Origin: an uncultured Candidatus Poseidoniales archaeon
Lineage (GTDB): Archaea > Thermoplasmatota > Poseidoniia > Poseidoniales > Poseidoniaceae
DNA length: 32,573 nt
Assembly: GCA_964009815.1 (NCBI GenBank)
Contig: CAXGJQ010000003.1
Location: 1 to 32,573, forward strand
Direction of reading: 5' to 3'
Of the stretch, positions 17,872 to 25,304 are shown piece by piece. The translations under genes and the position numbers were made by a program. Under the pieces are notes generated by a model. The model saw nothing but the letters and a program-made list of their open reading frames with translations. It had not been told where the DNA came from and ran no database searches. Within the stretch, counting starts at the first letter, position 1; each line of letters starts with the position of its first letter.

Positions 17872-17892
17872 CCGTATATATGCGGTTCGGTT
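17872..17892 (-). promoter_or_regulatory. TATA box of the ribosomal protein operon promoter
   Basis: CATATATAC on the minus strand (TATATA at 17875-17880), the clearest TATA element in this GC-rich intergenic region. Confidence 0.55.
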
Positions 17893-18033
17893 CAGGACGC
17901 CGAGGGGATGCGTGGGACACAATGGCAGTTGAAGGCCTTCAAACCTTTCCGAAATAAAGCCGGCGGTTTGAGTTCAAGTGAACCGTCACCTCTCCACATC
18001 ATCCTTTTGAACCCTAGACCAAACCTTCCCTCC

Positions 18034-20640
18034 ATGCCTCAGGTCGTTCATCCTCTGCTCAGGGAGGGAGTGGATGCTCGAGGCTATCAACTTCGGTCGT
18101 TAGAGCGTGCTCTCTCGTTTTCAAGCCTGATGGTTATGCCCACGGGATTTGGAAAGACCGCCGTGGAATGGATGGCCATGGCCGAATTTTTACGCAACGG
18201 CTCGGAAAAAATTGTCCTCATTGCTCCGACCACAGGACTGGTTGACCAGCAACGAACCATGGCGATTGAACGCTTGAACATCGACCCTGCGCGCATTGTT
18301 GCCTACACGGGCGAGACTGGACCTGAAAAGCGGAAGACCATTTGGGACCAAGCAACGGTCGTCATGGCCACACCGCAAGTGATACGAAACGATGCGATGA
18401 GTGGAGTGATTGATCTCGCGGCGGTAGACCTGCTCATTTTCGATGAAGCCCACCACGCTACCGGGAACCACGCCTACGCCCAGGTTGGAAACCTGTATCA
18501 GCGTACCAATCCTTCCGGGCGGGTCCTCGCCGCCACCGCAAGTCCTGGCTCAAACCTTCGAAACATCAACGCTGTACGTACAAACCTCAACGCTCACAAT
18601 TTGGACTTGTGTAAGCGCACGGACCCTCTGCTCAGCGCTTACGATGTGGACATGAAGATTCACACCCATCCTCTGGATTTACCGGAATCATTGAACACGC
18701 TCATCGCCCCACTTCGGGCGCACTTCAACGAGGAAGTAGCCCATCTCCAACGGCAAGGATTTATCCCGAAAAAGGAGTACATCGGGAGCAACGACATCGA
18801 GCGAGCACAACAAAGTGCCAGCCGAGCGATTCAACAACGAGACGTTCGAGGTTATGATGCCGCGCGAAGGGTGGCTGACCTTCGACGCATGCACATTCTG
18901 ATGAACCTCATGCAAACGCAAGGAACCAAAGTTGCTCAAGCCTTCCTAAATCGAGCAGAAGAGGAGGGCAGGAGCGGTCGGAAAACCAACCGAATGCTGG
19001 CGCTTCCCGTGGTTCACCAGCTCAGGCTTGCGCTCAACGACCTTGAGGAACTTCATCCAAAAGCGGCCCTCGTCGACTCACTCGTGGTCAAGGAACTGGT
19101 TGAAAAACCAGAGGGGAAAGTCCTCATCTTTACCGAGTACAGAGACTCTGTAGCCCGCTTGGTTTCCTTGCTCAATGTCCATGACGGTGTCGAAGCAGAC
19201 GCCTTCATTGGCCAGTCCTCACGTGGAACCCAAAAAGGCATGACGCAAAAGCAACAACTTGCTCAACTCCAACGCTTCCGAAGCGGTGAAATCAATGTCC
19301 TTGTGGCCACCTCCGTAGGCGAGGAGGGGTTGGATGTACCCGCCGCAGACTTGGTGGTGCTCTACGAACCCGTACCCAGTGCAGTGCGAGCCATTCAACG
19401 CCGAGGACGAACGGCACGCCAACGGGCAGGTTCGGTTCACGTGCTCATTGCGAAGAACACCCGAGATGCCTATGTGCACCGTGCGTCAGAACGCCAAGAG
19501 GAAAACATGCATCGCTTGATGGGGCGTTTGGTACGGCAGAAACAATTGAATGAAACCTACGTTGTTAACGATCAAGCCCTCGATGCGTTTTCCATAGAGA
19601 CGGACGGAAAAACGGTCCCAGCCAAAACCTATCTTGAAGAGGATTTGGCCAAATACGCCCAACAAAAAACGGCTGATGAAAATCCTATAGAACGAAATAC
19701 TTCGAACAGAAAAAACACCGCAAGGGTTGCCCCGGACCTTCGTGCCGACCAACTTCGACCACAGGCTCAATCCACCCTCTTTGCCTTTGGACAAGAGGAG
19801 AAGGAACCCCTCCAGCGCCTTGACCACCAAGCGGTTGAAGCCGTCCTCAACGCTGCTGACCGTGAAATCGTCAACCTCAACGAGGTGGATGGAAAAGAAA
19901 ACACCATCTACATCGACCACAGAGAAGGCCGCTCAACCCTACCTGGCTACCTCCAAGGACTCGGTTTTCAAACGATGTTCACGCAACTCCCATGCGGCGA
20001 CATCCGCCTTTCAGAACGCGTGCTCATCGAGCGAAAAACGGCCAGAGATCTTCTGGAGTCGATAAAATCTGGCCGACTTCTCAACCAGTGTCGCAGTCTA
20101 AAAGCGAGCGCTCAACGTCCTCTTTTGTTGATTGAAACGGGTGGCGAATCACAGTACAGCGTCCATCCAAATGCCGTACTGGGAGCGCTCGCTCACCTCA
20201 CGCTCGACCTCGGCATCCCTGTCATGATGGTCAAGGGGCCATTGGAAGCAGCTCACTTCATCGCTGTTGCAGCCCAACGAGAGCATGATGCCTTGGAGCG
20301 ATTGCACGGATTCCTCACCACCACCGAAAAGCATGATCGTGATCTCAAAGCCTCCATTTCCGTCGCTCGCCGTGAATTGCAAAGCATCGTTGACCAACCT
20401 GAGCAGCAGCATCCATGGTTGGACAACCACGAACAACATCTTCGTCGATGCTACGAGCATGCCATTGAACCCATCGTGAGCCAGCATGAGCACCTTGCCG
20501 AGGTCTTCCTAGCAGCTTCGCCTTCACTGGGTCGGCTCTTTGCTGCTCGGGAAGAAGACTTCGTGGAGATGGCTGGATGTTCCCTTGATGAGGCATCGGC
20601 CGTCGTGGCCATCCTTCAACAGACCCTCAAGAGCCAATAA
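18034..20640 (+). CDS. hef: Hef: SF2 (FANCM/MPH1-like) helicase fused to an ERCC4/XPF nuclease
   Basis: Helicase motifs PTGFGKT, DEAH, TAS, TSVGEEGLD and QRRGRTAR; nuclease motifs IDHRE and GD...IERK..D; C-terminal HhH-like helices. Start placed at MPQVVHPLL (18034) rather than 17797. Confidence 0.94.
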   Translation: MPQVVHPLLREGVDARGYQLRSLERALSFSSLMVMPTGFGKTAVEWMAMAEFLRNGSEKIVLIAPTTGLVDQQRTMAIERLNIDPARIVAYTGETGPEKRKTIWDQATVVMATPQVIRNDAMSGVIDLAAVDLLIFDEAHHATGNHAYAQVGNLYQRTNPSGRVLAATASPGSNLRNINAVRTNLNAHNLDLCKRTDPLLSAYDVDMKIHTHPLDLPESLNTLIAPLRAHFNEEVAHLQRQGFIPKKEYIGSNDIERAQQSASRAIQQRDVRGYDAARRVADLRRMHILMNLMQTQGTKVAQAFLNRAEEEGRSGRKTNRMLALPVVHQLRLALNDLEELHPKAALVDSLVVKELVEKPEGKVLIFTEYRDSVARLVSLLNVHDGVEADAFIGQSSRGTQKGMTQKQQLAQLQRFRSGEINVLVATSVGEEGLDVPAADLVVLYEPVPSAVRAIQRRGRTARQRAGSVHVLIAKNTRDAYVHRASERQEENMHRLMGRLVRQKQLNETYVVNDQALDAFSIETDGKTVPAKTYLEEDLAKYAQQKTADENPIERNTSNRKNTARVAPDLRADQLRPQAQSTLFAFGQEEKEPLQRLDHQAVEAVLNAADREIVNLNEVDGKENTIYIDHREGRSTLPGYLQGLGFQTMFTQLPCGDIRLSERVLIERKTARDLLESIKSGRLLNQCRSLKASAQRPLLLIETGGESQYSVHPNAVLGALAHLTLDLGIPVMMVKGPLEAAHFIAVAAQREHDALERLHGFLTTTEKHDRDLKASISVARRELQSIVDQPEQQHPWLDNHEQHLRRCYEHAIEPIVSQHEHLAEVFLAASPSLGRLFAAREEDFVEMAGCSLDEASAVVAILQQTLKSQ

Positions 20641-21487
20641 GGCGGACACGGGTTCGCAATTGAGCGAGTCGGTCGGGATAAAACCCGAGAGCAAAGGCCA
20701 CGATTTCAGAGAGGTGGCACACCGGCACCGTGGTGTTCTTGCCACTGACTCGACCTGCTTTGGATTGGTATGAGTCGAGGTTGACGTGTGAAACGGTGCA
20801 TGCGCTCACGACCAGGTCGGCACCCGACTGGATGGCGTCCGAAAGAACCGCCGCCGTCATGGCAAGCGATGAGTCTTCAAGCGTGAGCATGGACGTCGAG
20901 CCAACGCTCATGCACTTCGATTCGTAATCAATGGGGGTACCGCCCAAGGCTTCGATCAATTGTTCCATGTACGTCGGCATGAACGGGTCATCGCCAGCAC
21001 AGGCACCTTCACGCTGCATGTCAGGACCGTAATAGCCTGCGATGTTCATCTTGAGAGGGTTTTTGACAGCGTCTCGCACTTTATCGAGACCAATCTCTTC
21101 AACGAGGTAGTGAAGCAAATGCCATGATTGGATTTCTCCGGTGTATTCGACCTTGGAGGTGCGGGCGACGAGGTTGTTGACGGTACTGGCGTACACAGGG
21201 TCGCGGCCCATGTCTTGGGCCGTGTTGCACATGATGGCGTGACTTGTTGCGCATGTCGTCATCACGTCAAGGCCCTGGGCTTCGGCCAGCGCAAGGTTGC
21301 GAGCGACAAGTGCATCCTGTAGTTTTGGCGTGGCTTGCTTGATGACGTTTCCACCATCACTGCTGGCACGTGGAATCTCAACCAGTTGAATGTTGAGGGC
21401 ACGGCACAGGGGCTGAATGCAATCTTCGACCTCTGCAGCACCAGCGCGGGCTACGTTTCCAGGGTAGTATGCCACCTTTGCCATCAT
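20627..21487 (-). CDS. HdrB/SdhE-like (CCG-domain fold) protein with degenerate Cys motifs
   Basis: 286 aa, collinear with HdrB/SdhE (YYPG, ARNLALAE, HLLHYL, PLKMNIAGYYG, GADLVVSAC, NLDSYQ, LALG-type end), but both CCG motifs are replaced. Own SD GAGGTGA; 6 bp after the upstream gene. Confidence 0.85.
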   Translation of the reverse strand: MMAKVAYYPGNVARAGAAEVEDCIQPLCRALNIQLVEIPRASSDGGNVIKQATPKLQDALVARNLALAEAQGLDVMTTCATSHAIMCNTAQDMGRDPVYASTVNNLVARTSKVEYTGEIQSWHLLHYLVEEIGLDKVRDAVKNPLKMNIAGYYGPDMQREGACAGDDPFMPTYMEQLIEALGGTPIDYESKCMSVGSTSMLTLEDSSLAMTAAVLSDAIQSGADLVVSACTVSHVNLDSYQSKAGRVSGKNTTVPVCHLSEIVAFALGFYPDRLAQLRTRVRLIGS

Positions 21488-21493
21488 TTCACC

Positions 21494-23464
21494 TCAGAAC
21501 CGTTGGTCAATTTCATTGAAGAGGCTGACGACCTCGTGGTAATTCTGAACACGGCTGTTGAACATCTTGGGAATTCGTCCAAGACCGGCGGGTGGAACAA
21601 GCAACGCTTGCAAACCACGGATTGGCGGGCCACCGTTTCGTGTGAAGGCCAAGGCCATGCGAGCAGATACGCCGCTGAAGACGTTGCCGATCAAGCCCAA
21701 GGGGCCAAGCACCTGGCGGTAGAGGGTGGTTTCGTTCACATTACCAGACCACTTGACACTGCGACCGTACCACTTGACAAGGCGGCCGGATTTTCCTGCG
21801 TATCGGGACTGGTTGAGGAGCACACCTCGGGCTTCATTGAGGGCCCGTGCAGCCAAGCGACCGTCTTCGCCATAGCGCATGAGGCTGGCGTGGTCAGCTT
21901 CAGACCATACGCCGTCTTTTTCCTGCAACGAGTTCAAAATGCCGCGACGCTGCTTTTCTGAAGTACGTGGGTCAAGGACGCGGAGCCATTGTTGGAAATG
22001 CACGCCTGGACCCTCGTAATGTTGGTCGTGAGGGAGGGAATCCGACATGGCTTGAATGAGGTGGAAGGACAGCACGTCGCCGGCTTGGTGAAGCGCGGTT
22101 GCTGCAGCCGAATCCATCGTGCCCATGGCCTGTCCGGAAGGAAGGCGTTCTCCCTCCCTGGGGTCGGTTCGAATCCAAGGTTCAGCACGGCTGCGGTGGC
22201 TTTCGTAGCGGCTGGTGTCGACCACAAGGTCGCGCACGACAGGGTGGCCCGGGAGGGGTTCGATACGAACACGCCCGCCGTCTTTTGCCAAATCTGCGAT
22301 TCGAGCACAGTCGGCGAGGACAATGCGCCCATTGACTCGGACACCGGTGGTGGGCGTCCCAGCCGAGCTGCCTCGGCGGAAGGCAAGACTGCCGTCGACA
22401 TCCTGTTGCATCGTCATCAAGAGGTCTTGGACGGTTGCGTGGCCAGGAACACTGCACGTCAAGGTATCCCACCCTGAGTCGGCGGCCTCAGGACAGTACC
22501 GGAACACCTCGAGAGTGATGGTCATGGCTTCCTTTGCGATGATGCCCGGTGCGAAGTCGCCTTCAACGACATCGTCATCGTCGCCAGCACCAAATGCCTT
22601 CATCTCCTCAAGAAGTTCAACTTGAAGCGTTCCTGATTCATCAACACAGGCGAGAAGCGGGAGGGCTTCTTCGACCCAAATCTTCCAAGGTGGTTCGAAA
22701 TCAACATCGCATTCCTGGATGGGGTGAGCTTCTGTTCCGCCAAGCGCTACGAGTTTGTTGTTCCAGTCATGACCCGCCTTGCAGAATTCGTCGTAGGCGG
22801 TGTCGCCGATGGCGCACACCGAGAAGTGAGTCGAGCCGAGGGCAGGGCCGTTGGCATTGATGGCGTTCCACATAGCATCAGCGTTGTCCGGCATTTCGCC
22901 TTCGCCCCAAGTTGAGGTGATGATCATGACACGCTTCATCGTCGCCAGTCGGGCGGGGTCCAAACCGTCCATGTCGACAATGTTCGGCTCGAGCCCGTAA
23001 TTGGCTGCGAGTTTGGCCGTCTTTTCAGCGAGTCCAGCGGCATTGCCAGTTTGAGAGCCAAACAGGATATTGATGGAGCGGTCGCCAGCGAAAACAGCAT
23101 TCAACGCTTCTGAGACACCTGCGGCGGGCGCTACAGACGCAGCCGCAACCGGTGCAGCGGCCTCTACGGCGGCAGGAGCGGCTTCTACAGCCTCATCAGC
23201 GGCCCCATCGGAGACCAGTTCGTACTTGATGACTTCAACTGGACAAGCTTCGGCCGCTTCAATGATGATATCGCCGAGTTCGGCCCCGATTCCATCCACC
23301 AGGAGCGAACCAGCGACGTTGCGGTCAACGACGCCATCGGTGCGTACGGCTGCAAGAATTTCCGAACTCTCGTCGGTCACCACGAAGACTTCGGGACAGA
23401 TGTCCTGGCAAGCATCGCAGGTGATACAGTCTTCGTCAATCCATACTTTTGCGACGACTGCCAT
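21494..23464 (-). CDS. ferredoxin-flavodoxin-SdhB/FrdB-like fusion protein
   Basis: aa 1-83 single-cluster ferredoxin (CITCDAC..CP...ACP); Ala/Pro linker; aa ~129-271 flavodoxin (GSQTGNA, TSTWGEGE, GDTAYDEFC); aa ~314-656 SdhB-like (FRY, LAFR, VNG, IEPLPGHPVVRDLVVD, GP, DPR, GVW) lacking cluster cysteines. Confidence 0.88.
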   Translation of the reverse strand: MAVVAKVWIDEDCITCDACQDICPEVFVVTDESSEILAAVRTDGVVDRNVAGSLLVDGIGAELGDIIIEAAEACPVEVIKYELVSDGAADEAVEAAPAAVEAAAPVAAASVAPAAGVSEALNAVFAGDRSINILFGSQTGNAAGLAEKTAKLAANYGLEPNIVDMDGLDPARLATMKRVMIITSTWGEGEMPDNADAMWNAINANGPALGSTHFSVCAIGDTAYDEFCKAGHDWNNKLVALGGTEAHPIQECDVDFEPPWKIWVEEALPLLACVDESGTLQVELLEEMKAFGAGDDDDVVEGDFAPGIIAKEAMTITLEVFRYCPEAADSGWDTLTCSVPGHATVQDLLMTMQQDVDGSLAFRRGSSAGTPTTGVRVNGRIVLADCARIADLAKDGGRVRIEPLPGHPVVRDLVVDTSRYESHRSRAEPWIRTDPREGERLPSGQAMGTMDSAAATALHQAGDVLSFHLIQAMSDSLPHDQHYEGPGVHFQQWLRVLDPRTSEKQRRGILNSLQEKDGVWSEADHASLMRYGEDGRLAARALNEARGVLLNQSRYAGKSGRLVKWYGRSVKWSGNVNETTLYRQVLGPLGLIGNVFSGVSARMALAFTRNGGPPIRGLQALLVPPAGLGRIPKMFNSRVQNYHEVVSLFNEIDQRF

Positions 23465-23601
23465 TGGAAGACCTCATGCTCACGCTCTGTGAGTATTCTT
23501 TGCCAGCCTTCAATGGCCTTTGAAGGTTATTATCAAACCACGAGCCAAAAAGGCTTACTGTGGTTCGTTTTTTGCCACTTTTTTTAGCATTGTGAAAGAC
23601 A

Positions 23602-25224
23602 TCACATATGGAAGTCGCCCATGTCGCCCATGCCTTCACCCATGGGGACACCCTTTGACGAAATCACATCGTCGATGCGCAAAATCATGATGGCGGTTTC
23701 CGTCGCCGATTGAATGGCCTGTTCAACCACACGTAGTGGTTCAACAACGTTGCCTTCCTTCATGTCAACCACGCCGCCTTCATACACGTTGATGCCAGCG
23801 TGACCCTGACCATCGGCATGGGCCTTGCGCAGTTCAATCAGCGTAGTGACGGGGTCGAGGCCAGCGTTTTCTGCCAGCGTGCGTGGAATGATTTCAAGGG
23901 CAGAGGCAAACGCTTCAATGGCCATTTGCTCTCGGCCGCCAACGGTTTCAGCGTACGTTCGCAAGTCGCGGGAAAGGGCAGCAAGTACGCTGCCGCCTCC
24001 AGTCAACACAGCTCCATCTTCCCAAGCGACCGAGACAACACCAACAGCGTCGTCGAAGGCTCGTCGAATCTCGTCGACCACGTGCTCAGTTCCTCCGCGC
24101 AGGAGGACAGAGACTGACTTGGCTTCAGGGCAGCCGGTGATGAAGGTCATATCGGAGTCGCCGATTTTCTTCTCCTCAACACGGGAGGCCTCACCAAGGT
24201 CATCCCCACTCATGTCTTCGAGGTTGGTGATGATGGTCCCGCCAGTGGCCTTTGCAAGGGCTTCCATGTCGGATTTCTTTGCTCGGCGGATGGCGAAAAT
24301 ACCTTTCTTGGAAAGGTAGTGTTGAGCGAGTTCGTCAATGCCTTTTTGGCAAACAAGAACGTTGGCACCTGCCTTTTCAATCGTATTCACGAGGTTTCGA
24401 ATGTAGTTTTCTTCTTCCTCGAGGAACAAGGCAAGTTGGTTCGGGTCGGTGATCTGAATCTTGGCGTCAACTTCGGTCTTCTTGACTTCAATGGCCGAAT
24501 TAACAAGGGCAATCTTAGCACCAGACACGCTCCGAGGCATGCCCGCATGCACGCGTTCTTTGTCCAGAAGAATGCCATCGATGAGGGAGGAATCTTTGAT
24601 GGAACCACCTTGACGCTTCTCAACCTTGATGTCGGAAAGGTCAACCATTCGGTCGCCGTCTTCAACCACGCCAACAGCGTTCACAGCACGAACACAAATG
24701 TCGGCCATGAAGGATTTGACAGCGCCGGCAGACTTGCCGGTGAGGGCGGTCTTGGCCACCTCTTGGAGAACAGAATCCTCATTTTCAGTAGAGATTCCGT
24801 GGCTTTCCATCAAGTCAATCGCTCGCTCAGCAGCAAGGCGGAAACCTTCGCAAATAACCGTCGGGTGAACGTTTTGTTCAATGAGGTCTTCACTTCGCTT
24901 GAGCAATTCACCGGAGAGAATGACCGCCGAGGTCGTTCCGTCAAAGCAATGTTGCTCCTGGGTTTTGGCAACTTCGATGATCATTTTTGCCGCTGGGTGC
25001 TCAATGTCCATCTCTTTGAGGATGGTGGCACCATCGTTGGTGATGACGACATCGCCCATTGAGTCGACCAGCATTTTGTCCATGCCTTTTGGACCAAGGG
25101 TGGAGCGGACGGCGTCAGCAACCGCCTTGGCGGCAGCGATGTTGTTGGATTGGGCCGTTCGGCCTCGTGTTCGTTGGGTGCCGTCTTTCAAAATGAAGAT
25201 GGGTGCTTGTCCGTTTCCATACAT
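23602..25224 (-). CDS. ths: thermosome subunit (group II chaperonin)
   Basis: STLGPKGMDKMLVD, ITNDGATIL, LRGGTEH and ILRIDDVI motifs, with a GM-rich tail. Start MYGNGQ at 25224 after SD GGAGGG. Confidence 0.98.
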   Translation of the reverse strand: MYGNGQAPIFILKDGTQRTRGRTAQSNNIAAAKAVADAVRSTLGPKGMDKMLVDSMGDVVITNDGATILKEMDIEHPAAKMIIEVAKTQEQHCFDGTTSAVILSGELLKRSEDLIEQNVHPTVICEGFRLAAERAIDLMESHGISTENEDSVLQEVAKTALTGKSAGAVKSFMADICVRAVNAVGVVEDGDRMVDLSDIKVEKRQGGSIKDSSLIDGILLDKERVHAGMPRSVSGAKIALVNSAIEVKKTEVDAKIQITDPNQLALFLEEEENYIRNLVNTIEKAGANVLVCQKGIDELAQHYLSKKGIFAIRRAKKSDMEALAKATGGTIITNLEDMSGDDLGEASRVEEKKIGDSDMTFITGCPEAKSVSVLLRGGTEHVVDEIRRAFDDAVGVVSVAWEDGAVLTGGGSVLAALSRDLRTYAETVGGREQMAIEAFASALEIIPRTLAENAGLDPVTTLIELRKAHADGQGHAGINVYEGGVVDMKEGNVVEPLRVVEQAIQSATETAIMILRIDDVISSKGVPMGEGMGDMGDFHM

Positions 25225-25304
25225 ACTGTTGCCCTCCGGCATGGTTGGCGAGGTTGCCACCGACTTGAACCCTACGCTTCGTCAGCGTCGTGCAAAAACA
25301 TGCC

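Noticed and set aside
17513-17920. Possible upstream ORF or leader peptide for the ribosomal operon
   Set aside because: Starts upstream of the TATA box, overlaps rpl3 out of frame, and has no recognisable protein features.
17797-18033. N-terminal 79-aa extension of the Hef ORF
   Set aside because: It runs through the rpl3 leader and promoter; Hef similarity begins at MPQVVHPLL (18034).
23100-23215. Repetitive GC-rich tract
   Set aside because: It encodes the Ala/Pro linker of the fusion protein; no regular repeat-spacer pattern.
20627-23464. Functional heterodisulfide reductase or methanogenesis signal; alternatively a pseudogene
   Set aside because: Catalytic CCG cysteines are missing and no hdrA or mcr context exists. 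Reading frames, SD and non-ligand motifs are intact, which argues against simple pseudogenisation.
23555-23590. T-runs on the plus strand as a terminator
   Set aside because: Both flanking genes are on the minus strand, where these read as A-runs; no plus-strand gene ends here.
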